DNA of 64,000 nt from Balanoglossus misakiensis (taxonomy: Eukaryota > Animalia > Hemichordata). Positions 12,901-28,715 of this stretch are shown here, piece by piece; positions within the stretch are counted from its first letter, which is position 1; each line of letters starts with the position of its first letter. The stretch spans positions 8,638,425 through 8,702,424 of the forward strand of contig CM082582.2 in assembly GCA_040954595.2 (NCBI GenBank), written 5' to 3'. The notes under the pieces are model-generated. The model searched no databases. It saw nothing but the letters and a program-made list of their open reading frames with translations, and was not told the origin of the DNA. Position numbers and translations under genes: made by a program.

Positions 12901-15900
12901 TTTTTTATCTCCAGTGCAACAAAGTAGTCGACTCGACAGGTTTTAGTACCGTTCCGACTCCCACACACACATCGCTCCTGTACTCAACTTCTTTGGCTGG
13001 GAGACAGCATTCATTCAGATTGAAAAGAAAGGGGGCCCAGTAATGGCTGTATTGATTCCTTTACATCTGGAGATTCTTTCAGTCAAACCCAACTCTTGAG
13101 GGATGAGAGGACGAACAAGTCAGAGTCGCAGCGGGAAGACGCACACACGGGCCGCACGGAGCGAGTTAAAACGCGCAACATCACGAATCTCACCCGGCAC
13201 AAAAAGAAACCTGGACAAAAAAACATGACACACGCGTGTTTCATAGAAACGGGGAAAAGGGGTAAGCCGGCCAATGAGAGAGACAGGGTGTTGGCGTGGT
13301 GAGCTGTAGGAAATTAGTTTTATTGTGAATCTAATAAGATCTTCTCCCATCTCCTTCACTTTGCTCTTCTTCTCTCACTTCATCCAATTGTTCGTCAAAC
13401 ACACCAGGGTGTTGCCATGGCGACCGCATCCCACTGAAGAGTTGACGAGTCAAATCAGCTGGTGTCGCGAAGGATGTAATCATAAAAAAGGGAGCGTAAT
13501 GAGTTGTGACCGGCGATTGATTCTGAAAAGACGCTTTGTACTGGTAAAACACATAAAAGAGAAACAGGACTATGGGCCGCGTGAATCTCAAGCCACCGAG
13601 ACGGGTTGACAAACTCGAGCTGCACTCAACGGGGGACCCTCCACGCATCTCGCAGTCGTATAGAAACGCGCTCTTTCATTACAGCATCATGATTATCAAA
13701 ATCTGGCGCATATTTCCTTTATTAAGGTCATAAGCAGGCCCAGAATTGAGGAGGCGGCCGCTGTGGTGTGTAGCGTGTCCCCAAGCGCTGTCTTTCATCA
13801 CAAAGACTCGATACTTGAAAAGTTGCTACCCAAAGAATGGGGAATCGTGATTTTAAGCCATTTTCACCGTTCTTACGCCCGAAGTCAAGACACACTCTCT
13901 GCACAGATCAGAACAACGGAGCGTACTCCAGATCATCAAATCAACCAAATAGGCCTATAGTCATCTTCTTTCGAGATTTTGGAAAGTTATTATTTTTTTC
14001 GCCTTTCGCTTCGTAAAAAGAAATCTAACAATAAGCTTAGTGCCAAATCCGACGATAAGACGACTCACCGGGAAGAAAATATCACGCAAGAATTTCTGTG
14101 ACACAAACCATAACCATGTACCTCGCGTCAACTCTGAGGTCAAGGGTCAACATTTCCCGGAGAGTTGCAAGTCCGTGACAATGAGAAGATGGGCATATTA
14201 CCCCGACCGTTTCCTTAACATTTGCTCTGTCTGGTGAGTTGGGAATATCCTGGTGGTAATTATCCAGGGGGTGACCGTACTGATACCGGTGCGACTTCAC
14301 TCTTAGCCCCACACTCCTTAAAGCAAGTGATGCACAAGTGTTGATTGCGACACCCGTTTGATCACTGCAGGTTCTAGCTAAAATTGATAAATTGATAACT
14401 TCCACCCTTGACGCGCCTGACTGCAGAATATAAGTGGACACCGAAATCGACAAGCCCTTGTCAATTTCCTTTGTGACATTCCAGCCTTTTCCCCCCGTCC
14501 GTGTCTGTGGTGCGTAGAGTGCCATAGAAACGGGGAAACGTTCGTGTGGTCCACTCTCAAAACTTAACGATTTCACTGACTAATTTTCTTGGGTGAAACA
14601 CGGAAATACGCAAGGGAAGTCAACAAGGGGTTGGGAGTCTGTGTATTGAATCTACCACCCCAACGCCAGCACCGAAACGCGTGGAGATTTGTGCCAACGA
14701 TGCATGGTGGTCGCCATGACATCTGGTGCGCGCAGCGAAGTCTCATCCACGAACAATTCTGCTGTTTTGTATTACTGCATTTTTTGTGTATACAGCCTGT
14801 GCAATGTACATACATTGTAGTTTCTAAGAATTTAAATGGAAATCTGGATTTGAGTTCAATCCCACGAATAAAAAAGTCTCGCCATAGCCACATGGGCTGT
14901 GTTAACATCCGGGGAGTTTCAACATGTTCGACCCAGAGCCGTACTGAACGGTCCTTGAATAAAGCGACGAATCCAGCATGCAAACTGGCTGACATTTCTA
15001 ATTCGACCGAGTCCACAAAGATGTCAATTTCGAAGTAAACACCGCGCAAATTCTAAACCTTCGTTAAGGTTTCATGATATTCCTTGCCCAGCGCCGACAG
15101 AAACCAACACCAACTTTGATGGACGACATAATAGCGTTAATGTAGTACTGTGGCGTTATTTGATGAGTCCGATAACTCCCCGGTGTACCATGTTTAGACT
15201 AATACTGCGCTAATTTAATTTCTATTAAGGTGTATTTGATTTCTCATTATTAAGGCGAATAAATCACCGCTTGCCCGTGTAAGGGCCACTGTAAATCTTC
15301 CGCTATAGTCGGCGCTCACAACGGCCGCCTTCGCCTTGTTCATTCATGGCTTCACCGTTCCTGAACAAATCCGCTGCCTTCTATAACATTTCCTCAATTA
15401 AAGCTCTACCCTGCATTGGCATGCAGTTCCAGTCGCCGGCTGATCGCCGTCATGAATGCGCACCGACAATCGAGACCTCCGCGCTCCGTAAAAAAACGGA
15501 CAGAAGTTGTAGGGGAACATGTTATTCTATCAAACTCGCCTCCCCTTCAACACTGGGCCCAATCACGTATCTGTCTGGAACTCCAGTCCCCCAACTTAAC
15601 GCGTGTTTTAAAATACCACCGAAAGAAATTAAGATGTTATGAGCACTCCTTTCTGAACGTCAATTGTAAGTTTTACCAAATCTGAACTGAAAAGAACTAA
15701 AGTAAGTCTTTTTGAACAAAACACAGACTTTTTTTCAAACCGTGACTGCTTAAAAAGCCAACTGAGAGAGGGGAAAAAACACGACACATTGAGGACGTGT
15801 GGTATTCACATGAACAACTCGTTATCCCCAAGGTCGAAACGTCACTTGCAGCAAAACAGAGCTCATGAAAAACGAACTTGACATTGCTGCAACAATGCCA

Positions 15901-16303
15901 CGCAGGCATCCCCCCGCGCAGAAGATTTGTATTCATTCGACTGGAGTGCGCGCCCTTCGGTCTGACATGCCAATAACAGCACCGTCATCGATGAAGAATA
16001 CGCGATGGATCCATACACGCTGAAGAAGCGGGACACTTTCATTGTGCGCTTTCACAAACATTTTTGAATATATTTATATTTATATTTTTTTAAATTACGC
16101 GAACAGTGTGCCATCTGTGACGGGTTCACCCAGGGGATCTGATCCTAAAAAGCCCATTCTTACGTTTTGGAGAGCAGCTTCCGCTCTTTCAATTTGATGT
16201 TGATGGAATTTCCCTGGTTAAGTACACAGTCTGTGAATTGAATACAGAACGTCATACAGGAGCCGGCGTGGAAGTCAACAACATTTTCCGAAAACAGAAT
16301 ATT

Positions 16304-16462
16304 TGAATGAGTGAATGAATGAATGAGTGAGTGAGTGAGTGAGTGAGTGAGTGAGTGAGTGAGTGAGTGAGTGAGTGGGTGGGTGCGGGACGGACGGACG
16401 GACGGACGGGTGGATGGATGAATGAATGAAGGAAGGAAGGAAGGAAGGTAGGAATGAACGAA
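16304..16462. repeat. Compound tetranucleotide microsatellite (GAAT)(GAGT)n(GGGT)(GGAC)(GGAT)(GAAT)(GGAA)
   Basis: Directly visible; adjacent unit types mostly differ by single substitutions. Confidence 0.95.
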
Positions 16463-19400
16463 TGATCCAGATATATTTGATAATCGGACATTTAAATGAC
16501 TTTATCATTGAACAGTGTTACGTCAACATCGCCTGATTGGGTAGAATGCGAAGTATATTCAAACACTCCAAACTACTCAACACTCCGACCTAAAACCGAT
16601 TGTTTCACTCAAGTGCCTTGTTTGGCCCGCGTGGCGCTTTCTCCTCCCCGCGTCGTCAAGTGACCCAACGCCAGGCGCAGAGGAAGAGAAGGGTTTTAAC
16701 TTGTTAGAGGGCATTGTAGAGATTCCCACTTGCGCCGTCAAGTTGCTGGTGACATCGGGATAACGAAGTTTTCTATTGTCGGCAACGGCTGCTTCAACGG
16801 GTCACTTGAAGGCGTGACGTCACTTGATGGGCATATCGGACCACCTGATCGTGCACCTGCTTGTGTATTTCTGCCGGTATCGCTTATTATTCTGCAGAGA
16901 GAGAGAGAGAGAGGGAAGGGAGAGAGAGAGGGAGAGAGAGGGGGGGGGGAGAAGAGAGAGTGAGACAGTTAAATGAAATCAAGGCTTTTAGCTCTTATTC
17001 TGTTAGTAGACGTCTGTAGACGTTAAGTCAGGTGAAAAAAGCAGCATCGCTTAACTGTTTCGTCAGGATTACAATGACCATTCAGAAGCAATCGTTACAT
17101 GATGAAATACAAAAAAGGAATAGCAGTGAATTACTCTCGTAAACTTTCATATTAAACCCCATTTGGCGGTCTACACATCGACTTATGTCGCTCCTCCTCG
17201 CTATCCACATGGGCAAATATTATCTTTTTGTTAATTGTATTTAGACTGAGATAAAAAGGTGGCAAAGCAGGTAGTTAACCCGCCTATTGCTTTTCTTGTG
17301 ACCCCGTTCGAAGGCGCAAATAGAGTTACACTGTCAAGCGGCCGCGCTAAAGCAGTTTCACGGTAAATTGAATTGCTCGATAAACACTAGCCACGCGCCG
17401 GGAATGAGATGTTAATTGCTCAGCCCATCAAAGTCACTTCTTTCAAATTACCATAAAATAATAACAAAAGTGATAAAATTTGTCATCATATTGCGCCACC
17501 TTTGACCTGAAAGGTCAGAAAAAATAATTTTTCTTGGGGAGACCGAAAAACGCCATGAATACTCCCGGCTGTGACTCGGCTCCGCACAGGAGCATTTGGG
17601 GAAAATATTATTAAAGCTACAAATTGTTTCTTCTGTCCAGGGAAATGGCGCGAAGCACTCGACTGACTGGTAAGCGGCGTCATCGAGAACAGTTAATTAC
17701 ACGTCTACATCGTTATCGTCAACGACTTGGTGTGTGTGTGTGTTTTTCGCTCCGAAATTGAAATTAAGTCTTCCTAGGTTTTAGGCGCGAGTTTTATCTT
17801 CCTCGAGAAGTGGGCTCAGACATGAACAGCTTCTTCGTTACCGACGGCGTGTGTCGGAAGCCTGAATTTGGGGATGTGGAAAGCGCGCTTAAATAAAGTA
17901 AACCGAAAAGAAATCAAGGTATGATCATGAGGGGGAGCATCAAACGGCTTCGCGGGGGAGGCCACACAGTGGACGGTTCTGGCGAAGGGTTCGAAGCACG
18001 TACACTTCTTGGCGGACGTGTTTTGTTGTATGGTGATTCCTATTTGCGCATGTTTCAAAGAATTCCCGTGCAGCTTCGCGGTATTTCGCGCAGACCGAAA
18101 ACAACCCCAAAAAACAGTCTTAAGCACACATCTTGTCAGACTCGCGAAAACCTGTCAAGAATCACGTACCATGGCGACAAAAAAACACCGTAATGAGAAT
18201 TTCGTCCTCTCGGTTCACTGCGAACGTTTCCTCCGGCGTGGAGTTAAATAAATAACCGCGGAACCACGGTTTCGACCGAATTCGGACAGCAGTCAGGTTC
18301 CTGTGAGGCAGGTAGGGCACATTTGTGATCATTTATTGATGACGTCGCATTATCGGGGCACGTTTCTCAAGCATTCACTGTGGCTCATTGGTGGTATGCG
18401 AACAAAAATATCCAAAACGGACTGTGTAGCCGGTCCAACAACTTTACTCGTGTAAAACGTGCAGCTTGTAATTTTTTAGACTGAAATCCAGATCTGAAAA
18501 TGGCGCCAAAACGTTTATGCTGAGTAGGAGGCTCTGGCGTGACAAGAGGCAAGGTTAATGCCCTTCATTAACAAGAGACAAGTTTTTCCCCCAAAGTACT
18601 CGCCGTCAAATACCAATCAGCCCATAACAAAGGTACAGGATATACCGCACAGTTCGAAACAAAAACCTGAAAATTACACAAGTCAAAGAGAAGCACATAT
18701 GAGGAACCTGGCATTGTTTTTGTCCTTGACGTTGGCCTATTGACTGCATTGTGTGTACGTGCCCCCTACAATAGCCGTTCTCATGTCTCTTGACAAGGCC
18801 TTCAGTGGCTAATTTTAAAGCCAAGTTAATGACAAAATAGTCCTATTTGCTTTTCTTTCTCTCACTCTAAAAAACACCATCACACTCCTAAAGTCACGAT
18901 TTTAACGACGAATCTAACCGCGGTTTTCATCGGAATGGGCGATATTGCCCAATAATTGCTACTCCCGTACGTGCGGAGAACTGAAGAAATGGTGCATTAA
19001 ATGAGATTGACCCTTGACCCCTCGCATGACAATTATATCAAGATACAAGATGGATATAATAATTGGTCGGTGTTTACACAGCTAAGCTGATTTTTTATCA
19101 CAGCCCGCTGATTCGGGTACTTCGTGTACTTGCCACGCTGAAAAGGCTCCCGCTAGGCTAGCTCTCGACGCCTCGTGGCGCGTGTCCGTATCAAACGCAC
19201 TTGTTAAAAAGTTACTAGTCCGTTAACAAGGCAAAAGAAGCCAATCCACGTCCACTTAATGGCATGGACAGGAAACCAAGTGGAGAGAGCCAAAAATATC
19301 TCTCAGAGTGGAGCCGCGCGGGAGAGTTTTCGACCATGCAATGATGACGCTCTCTCAATCGCCGTGTGCTTTTGAAATTCTCCCCATTTGTGCGTTTCCC

Positions 19401-22400
19401 CCGAGTGCAACTGTTTCCCCATCAGCTTGAATAGGAAATACGGCGGCGCGAGGAAATCCAGTTGATCTGTTATTCACGTCACACAAGAAAATTAACTGCA
19501 ACTGAATCATATTCAGAGAGGCTGTGATAGAATGCCACAAAAGACGCCGTTATTAATACCTTACATCAATTTTATCGATGATAAAAGCATCTATGGCCCA
19601 ATGGCCGACTGACTTTTATAATTATTATAATGCTAAAACAACGTTAATCAGTTTAACCCTATAATTTGTTTCACGTGTAAATATTTCGCACGCTAATATG
19701 CTGAAGATTCGGCCGTGTGGACAATACTGTTTTGAATGTTTTCCATCGACTTTGATAATCTATTGTTTAATTATTCAAACCGCAATGCAAGAATACAATT
19801 TTGGTATCAAAGCAGCCACACTCGGATCTTTCAATGTGTGATACCCACCATTGTGAGGGACAATTTGGAGCATTCTCACCGATCGGAAAACATGAACACG
19901 CATGTGATTTGACAGGCGCAGACAGATGTCTGGAGTCCGACCAAGACAATTACCACGATGACCTTGATCTTTGAAGACGACAGGTCAACGCCCCGAGCAT
20001 TTACCTTTATTTATTAGTAAGGACAAGTAGAAAAATCAAGATATGAAATAACAGTTCTGGCTAATTCGGGTTTCTCTCTCCAGCCTGCAGATTAACAGGA
20101 GAGGGACGGAATCGCTCGTTTCTTTCAGTTTCATACTGCATACTAACTAGCTAGACGGGACGGAACGTTCGTAAAAAATATGTATAGCCCTGAAACATGT
20201 ATACACATATGCAAGGGGCGCGCAGATAACTATAGTTATTCACATTCAAGGGCGAGAGCACGTTGTGACGCGCGCTGTCGCTAGACCGAGAAAGTTGTCT
20301 CGGTTTGTTGGTTTTCAAACAAGACAGTGTCTGCGGTTTTCGTTATATGAGCAGACGACATCCCCTGCTTTTCATCTTGCACCTTGAGAGACACTTTAGT
20401 GGAGTGTTGATCACCATTTTCACTTTGCCATGCACCTTATGGAGCATTATTGTTGGTAATAACCATCTGTAGAACAGATGGTCATGCGCAGACGAACTGC
20501 TTGATGTGCATTATCGAGTCAGACGACCCACCTTGCAAAGAACACTTCTGGTGCGAAAGTGGTATACAATTCTTTGACCAGGAAATTTGCGAATTAAACT
20601 GTGTTTTGACCGTGACAGACCTGTCACAACGACTAAACAGACTCGGCTGCGCTCGTATTAAAGTTTTGGGCTTCATAAGACCCCTTGAACGGAGACTGAG
20701 AGAACGTCCACCGTTGTTCTGTATGCAACAGCTATACGTATTTCCAGACGCAGCACACGAAGATGCCGCGCCGCCGTCGCCACTGTCGACTCGCAATAAA
20801 AACGGAGACGGAGACAAGATATGGTAATGACAAGTTGAAGGAAAGATCGCCAATGTTTGCAGGGTATGGACCAGAAACAAGTGAGGGCACCTCAAAAGGT
20901 CGAACACAATGATATTATGGCTCGCTCTACTCTGGATCACAGACTGTCACCGCTTTCAAATCATATTCAACCCCCGTTGGCCATGTCAGCGATTTCTCTT
21001 CCAAATCCTCTGTTTTTTTCCCTCTCGGATAACAGCTCCAAAATGGTGATCTTTAGTAAACACTCCCACTACCCTCATCAACACTTGTACACTTTCCCGG
21101 GCGAATTAATGAAATATTTAACGTACATTGAAAATAAATAAAATTATAGGCGATCGAGTTCCCTAGTTCCAATTCACCCCGGTGACATCTATTATCCAAC
21201 ATGGTTTTAGGCAACGCGGAGCTATCGTCATTGCGTTTTTTATCAATTTTCTCATCTTGCAGGGATGACACCGTGAAATCAGTGAATTGACATTCCGTCA
21301 TACTGTATTAGTGGCCACTTTCATTGCGAGAGGAGTGCCGTATCCGGGTTCTCGTGAATGTTTCATCCGCGCTGAATGCAAAATCAAGGGGAATAGTTTA
21401 AGCGGAATTCAGCAGAATCAAACCATTGCAACTTGAACCAACGCTCCGTGATCATTTTTAACGATAATACTGATATCTGCAAGCATTTAGCAAGCGCACT
21501 GTATGACGATAAATTGAGTATTTAGCAAATTCTCGGGGATCCAAATAAGCCATGGTCATTTGTCCTGAGTCCCTGTTAAATGAAGTCTGTGCGATTTCTT
21601 TCTAATTATTTTGCAGTCGCGCAGGTGCTATACGCAGTCAACTTACGCACAATGGTTGCAACACCTCGCTTCAAATCAGTGCTTCCCCTCGCAACATCCG
21701 GGGTATCCACCCAAGAATTACGTCACTGCCATCGTTGCCCGTATCAAATCCGACACTAATCACGGCCCCGTCTCCAATCTGTAGATCCCCCCTTTTTGCC
21801 GCACCAGCCGCCAAATTGATATCAACACAGACAAAAGAGAAGATATGCCACAAAAGTCTTGGTTTTAGATTTCAAAGCCTGCGGAACTCGCCGACGCAAC
21901 ACTCGGGAATCGCGTCGGCAATTCTTCTGTGCCGGCGTAAAAACGGCTTTGTGTTAGTAAATAGAAAAATGCGTTATTTCTGAAGAAAAAAAACTATTAC
22001 ATGATGAAAAATTGGCCCCACCAAGGAATACCAATTCACTGCCTCGGCGTATGTGTATATCATTCCTTGTAATATTTCTATTCAAGGTGTTAAGAATTTA
22101 GAGGTCTTCCCCCGAGATTAACTTGAACGCTTCTATCGGCGTCACAGAGAAAATAATATCCCAGACAATATGGTTGTCCCTTGTGCAAGAGCGTTATAGC
22201 GATGGCAGGTGCACCTGAAAAAAAACCCTCGCCAGATAAGGTAGCCGGTTTTCACCTCGATTCACGCACTACAAATTCTTTTAAAAACGTGAAAGCTATA
22301 CCACCGCGCGGATAAGCTGGTGTTACCCGCGCGATGTGCAAGGGGGAAAAAAACCGCATCCCCGACAACCATCTCAAATGGATGGATGAAAGCCACTGTT

Positions 22401-25400
22401 ACCCTGGTAACGGAAATTAGGAGGGAGGGGCCTGTGGAGAGAATTAGAGGCGCAGAGCTGCGCTAATGTACGACGCGCGAGCGCGGTCGTGACTATAGCG
22501 ACCTCCCCGAATAAGAACCCGGACCGGGTTAACGTATTCCAATCTGTAAATGGATATATGGGCACGTTTCATAAAGAAAATAGTTGGGGATTTCGACAGC
22601 CGTAGGGGCTATTACACACCGTCCATCACCAAGTTAGAGGGAAAGATGCACTGCAAAATTCATTAAGCTAATCACTTTTTGGTAGATTTTTTTTTACCTA
22701 ATGAAATCAGCCACGAACAAAATGGGTGAGCAGGAAAGCTAATCACTCCAATATGGATTTGCCAGTTACGGGTTGTATGCAGCGATGCCGGAGTCGCTGC
22801 AGAGTATTAACTGATTACGGCAAGAAAGAAAGTAATCAACTAAATTATATTGAAGGAAGCGAAAATGGAAAACCCTTCTGGCTTGAGAAGTTGTTACAGG
22901 TCATTCGTGGAATGGCGGCGGAATGCAGTTCTCAGTGCACGTATATACGTCGCGCCTGTTTCTCTCTCTCTGTTTTATTCAAATTATTGACTGCAGACTG
23001 TGTGTAATAAAGGACAGGCGTTGATCATCAGCTCGGCAGGTTGAATTGTCTGATTTGGTTTTGAAACAGGTAGACCCGAAACAAGTGCGATGTAGAAGTT
23101 GCGCGCGCGTGTCTGACCTGCGCTAGTGTCTGGGTGCAATAACAGATCGTATCTATATACGCATCACAGATACGTTCCAGACGACATGACAGATACTTGT
23201 GGTTGTGAACACTGGAGAATGCCTTACAAATCCATTCTGCGTTTTGGGATCATCGGTGAGGGATTTTTGAGAGCTTTCTAGATGAAAGGCTGAGGATTGG
23301 AACTTAAGACATTGGTACAACCAACGGAAATAAAAATATTATGGTGACATAAAACAATGGGCCCACGGACGGGGAGAAGAGTACAAAGAGTTCACCGACA
23401 GACTACAGAACATATCACGGAAAAAGAGCCACCATGTAAAGGTGTTTGGCTGAATGGAGTCAGATATACGCTGACTCCCATCCGTTCACAGTGACACTAA
23501 GCAGAAAATTAAAAACCAAACTGAAATTCTCGTCTGCCCAGAAAGTAGTACTTAGCGAACAAGCGTGTCACTGTGATATTTAAAGATAGAATAACAGGGT
23601 GGAAGTTCTGACCCGAAAACCGTAGTTGACTATCGATCGGGCAATTTTCTCTTCTCTCCTTGGCTAACAGGTTTCCCAGTTAAATTGGCGTGTTTGTCAG
23701 GGCGAATATGCAAAAGGAGTTTACAGGGCCGGTGAATGAGCTTAATGGCCGGCCGCCATTATCGAAATTACACCCTCGCATTCACTATAGTAACAAGCGT
23801 CGTCAGAGTCAATCCACTCAAAGGGGGAGAAAATGATAATAATGAGAAGAAAATGATGACAAGTCCGGTAAAAAGACATGTGCGCTCGCGATTGACAAGT
23901 TATTCACACACAAATCGAAAGTCTAGGTTCTAGCACTTAACTGCTGGCACCTTCTAACCTCCGCGCGCATGTTGACTTCCCTATCCCAACCAATTTACAT
24001 ATGATTTATTGGAAAATAATGTGGAAATTATATCAAGAGAAAGCCATCCATATTTCATCGTTTTGATAATCATATGATTGTCACGCCAACAGGGGCAGTC
24101 AAATGAACCTCCCTAATTTTTGCGACCCGGTCAATTTCTGGAAGGGACGCGCCGCACTTTAGCCGTTGAAAAGAGCGACACGCGCTAAAGAAGGATATAA
24201 TTTACTAATAGGTACGGATAATATCTTAGTGTCACCAGCATAGAACAGCGCTCGCTCACGAACCCCACGAAACCAGGTCGCATTTGTTGTAGGCTATAGT
24301 CGAGAGACCCTATTAAGTAACGAAACAAAACAGGAGAAATGGCGGTCGAGCGAGTAAGACCGGACGGGCTCGTTAAAGCGACAAGCTTTTTTTGTCCTGT
24401 ATATATTCCGACCTGATAATCCGACAGGTTCAGGAAAATCCACTTGAAACATATAACTCTGACGTCACACGGGCGAAATTTACTTTAAAAAATGCTGGGA
24501 ACAAAACAACAGCAATATTCTGTCGGCAACACGATTTTCGCGCCTAACGAGTAGACGGGGGCCACAGAATGGATATCCTAGAGAGACGGCGAATCTGAAA
24601 TTTTCTAAATAATTAGGGCGACAAGGCAGATGATCGCTGCAGGTGATTCGATTGATAAAAATTCTGAATAAAGTATCGGATAAAGAAATTAGAGAAGCGC
24701 GGAAATAAAAAAAGAAAGAAAGCACAGATGCAAATGAACTTAATGATGCGTTTTAAATCAGGGTATAATGGGATATAATAGCATAATTTACTTATCAAAA
24801 CTTAATTATTTTATATTTGGCCATTATCCCTTGTAAATGACATAGCTTAGTCGATACACTGATTACGGAGCTATTTGGTATCAACTCGTTAGTTCGTTTT
24901 CCCCCCAAAACCCCAATAGTAATGGAAATGTGTGTGATGGGGTTTATTGGTTTCCAATCACGCCAACTTCACTAGTAATAATTCGCCTCTTCGCGCTCCT
25001 TTCAACACAAAGATGTCTTTGAATGTTGCAAGCTTTTGATTCGGTTCCTCCGACGCCCGGGAGGGGAGAAGGCGAGGACAATGCCGTTGCATGTGACTTG
25101 AATTCCACTGCGCTGCACCCGCGGGAATTCTCTCCCCGCTTCTTTTTTTCTGACGAAGATTACTCCGAACAAGGTTTTGTGGCTTGATGAAACGGAGTTC
25201 TCTCTCTCTCATGCGCGCGCGCGACGCTCTCGAGTGAAGTCGAGTCCATTGTTCGCGCGCACATCCCTCCACTCGCGCAGCGTTTTCGAGGATAGCTAGC
25301 TCGGTTCTCCATCTTTATTTTTCGCTGCTTTTGACGGCAGACGGGAGAGGGATCAGAAACAGCGCTTGTTTTTACCCGCCAGTTAGTTAAGCATACCATT

Positions 25401-27079
25401 GTCTGCATCATCACGGTACCAGACGATCCGCAAAAACAAATCGCGATGAGCCCTTCTCTCAGACTACAGAAAAGGCGTTCGGACTTCACCACAACCAAAT
25501 AGTAGCAAGACAGAGAAAACTACAGAGTTTGTATTTTGAGGTCGTACAGGCGTCGCTATTCTCAGTCACTTGCGCCATTATCTACGACATACACGCAAGA
25601 CAAACGTCGCGTCTCCCTGCGCGACCCGTCTCCATTGGTCACGTGACACTGCCTTGTGACGAAATAAAGGCCCACCACTGCGCTAATTATCTGCTAATCT
25701 TATTTTACAGGGAGAGAGGGGGGGGGGAGATGCCACCTTCCTTTTGCACAAGGACAATGGCTCAGTGGAACCGGGCGGTAAGCGCAGGCGTTTCCATGAC
25801 AACCAGGGTTATGACTCTTTGGGAGTAATTCTGGTTCGGTTTCGCGCGCGGTGCGCACACCACGCCTCTTTCAACGTTCAAAATAACTCCGATCGCAGGT
25901 TACAACTTTTATATATCATCCGATCATTCTAACCCACACGATTCTTCTTGGGAAATAGTCGCCAGACAATATTGACAACATGCAGTAAATGTATTGAACC
26001 CCCTCCAAAACATATACTAAATTCCTCGACTGTTCACCACGTGCACCGACACATCTGTCATGTTTACATGAAAAAATAAAATGATCCAGCAAAGTCGGAG
26101 AGAGACGCACAAATAATGATAAACACAAACGGCGGAAACATGCTCACCCGAACGATCAAGTCAGGTAGCCAAGCATATTATCATACACGGCTACAGAGTT
26201 GATTTTTGAATTTCATATATTTAAAAACAATCTAGTATCGTCCGACAATGCGAAGTGTGATCGGCGTTTGCTACATCGCAGATCTTGTTTTGTGCCGATC
26301 GCTTAAAATACAAGATTCTTCTTCAAAGGGATCACAATGGATATTTAATGACTTTGTTCTGTCTCACGTTAAAATCTCCCCCCCCCCCTCTTCGCCGTCT
26401 ATCCTTTGAACTGCTTAAGGATGGCAATTGGGGCCGTCACGACAAAGCAAGATCCCCGAGTTACCATGGCAACGACAGCCCGACGAAGAGAAAAGAACTT
26501 GATGGTACAGATTTATTTGTCACAAATGTGGTGCTCCCTTTGTGTTGGACACGGAAAGAGCCGGTCAACCTGAAAATGCGCCGACGAGGAAAGCCTTGAG
26601 AAACGAGCGAAAGAACCTCTCCATGCGGAACAACTAACCGAATACCCTCGTCACGACTGGGGCACCTGTCACCCGAACAAGACTCGGGGCTATGGATTCA
26701 AATTTTCCATGAACAGAGCCTGGGAAATTAGCTCAATTTTCGGACTTTAGCTTGCATGATGCGATGCGACTGATTGGTTTCAACCGATGCTGAAAATTCC
26801 CAGAACAAGTGGCAGGCGTTCACCTGCTGGGGCTGGCTCGTTGATGCCGCTGAAACCAGCCCTGGAATTGCGCTGCGATAGAACTGGTATGAGTCGACTG
26901 AAACTGCAGTGATGTTTAATATACAGGCGACATTTCTCGTTGAAAAACATTGTTGATTTCTGAATACCCGGCGATTTGAATACATGTAAGCTCAGCTAGA
27001 AAACGTTACATTGATTAACGTGACTACGTTTTTCATCTCCTGAAAAACCGTCTGTCTGTCAATACGCTCATTATCCTCA

Positions 27080-27110
<31 letters not shown>

Positions 27111-28715
27111 ACGTACGTACGCTTATTCCTCTTTTGAAATCAAGCCCAATAATGAAGCAGAAATCTCCTATTGACAATTCATTAAAAGCTATCCCATGAC
27201 AAATGTGTAATATCAAACAACATTGATGTTTAACAATGAAAACAAAATCAGTAGTCAGTGCTTTATTGTAATTGATATAAGTTTACTTTTAATATTTGTT
27301 CACGTGGGTGTTGCAAGGTAGGTGGTCTAAGTCTACCATCAGGATTCCGGGTCTTTTCGAGCGGGATTCGCAGTAATTTGAAATCACGAAGTTTCTCTAC
27401 GTTTTGTGTCACGACTTGTCGATGACGTGATCGATGCGGACGGAGAAGCACTATAGTCCAGTGCACGCGGGATTAATTAAAATACTTTCTGTGCCATTGA
27501 GAATCGCCCTGTCGTTCGGGCTTTGCGGACACACACGCTGTGCGGACGCCCCTGATGCGAGTGAGACCCCTTCAGAGACACGAGGCTCACGCCCCTGGCA
27601 ACGAGACTGGTCCCGTCTCGTCCACGTGGGGGCTTCTTGCCTAGGTTTCGGAAATGACGTCAAGGCGTGCGCCGAGGGTGTTCAGATTTTCCGCTTTTTG
27701 AAGGACACGGCTAGGGGTTGGCCGGTCAGAGCCAAATGGGCGCAACAGGGGAAAAAAATGAAAGAACGGGCTTTGAATGTTTTAATATCTGGCCTTGATA
27801 TAAGACCCATCTGGTACCTACGCGTGAGATATCACGACTACAAAGAGAGTTGTTTCTAATTTTACTGTCCTTTGTTGAAATTTGAGTTTCTGGTGAGTAG
27901 GGTTATCGAATTAACTGGTAATAAAAATCAGTAGAAGGCCAGCGGAACTTATGTACATGCACGCATTATGCGAGAAATCAGTTCTCAAAATGTCACGCAT
28001 AATGGCTGCGGAGGGGCGGTAACAAGTCAGTATGCTACGTTTATTTATTAATGTTTTATTTATAAGCTTTATTTCGGACTCATGGTCCATATTACAGTAG
28101 GACTAATTAGTTGAAAGGGGAAAAATTACATATATATCTAAATGACAAAAAGAAGCTTATTCCAAAGGCTCAAAGTTTCAGAATTAAAATACAGTGTATC
28201 ATGCACTTGCCGCACAATGACATTTTGCTATACCGGTACGCGTCGCTCAATTACAGCGAGCTGACGTCTTGCTTCTTGTAATGATGAGCTGAAAACAGGA
28301 TAGAGATTTCTACCTAATTAGGGAGAGCATTTTCATGACACCTGAATCAGCTCCGCGCCGGCAACGGATCACCACGACAACAGGTTGATGAAACCGAGCG
28401 ATGCGCTCAAACAGGTTGAATTCGGACTAATGAGGGAGCCGGCGTGCGCGTCATTAGGACACGTGTACTTGGCGGTGGCATGGCAGGAAGTCGATTAGTA
28501 TTTGTGAGATGACAGGAAGCGTGCTCTCCGGCTGAAGGGATATTATCTCACTTGGTCATCAGTTCAGACAAAGGCGGTTAGACACTGTTGAGACCGAACG
28601 ATGCCATTGTTGCTGGTCTTGGTCGCCTGCAGGGCGATCGAAATGGAATGGTCAGGAAAATTGACGGCGAAACCGACCTTTCCTTGCAGCAAGCAGTGCC
28701 TCTCCCTTCCCTAGT

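Noticed and set aside
19096-19118. TATCACAGCC... resembling the miR-2 family 5' end
   Set aside because: Only the first ~10 nt match and I see no complementary 5' arm to form a pre-miRNA.
20450-20940. Overlapping 125-aa and 152-aa ORFs on opposite strands
   Set aside because: No recognisable domain, codon bias or convincing splice sites. The same applies to the ORF pair at 14573-15049 and the ORF at 27434-27859.
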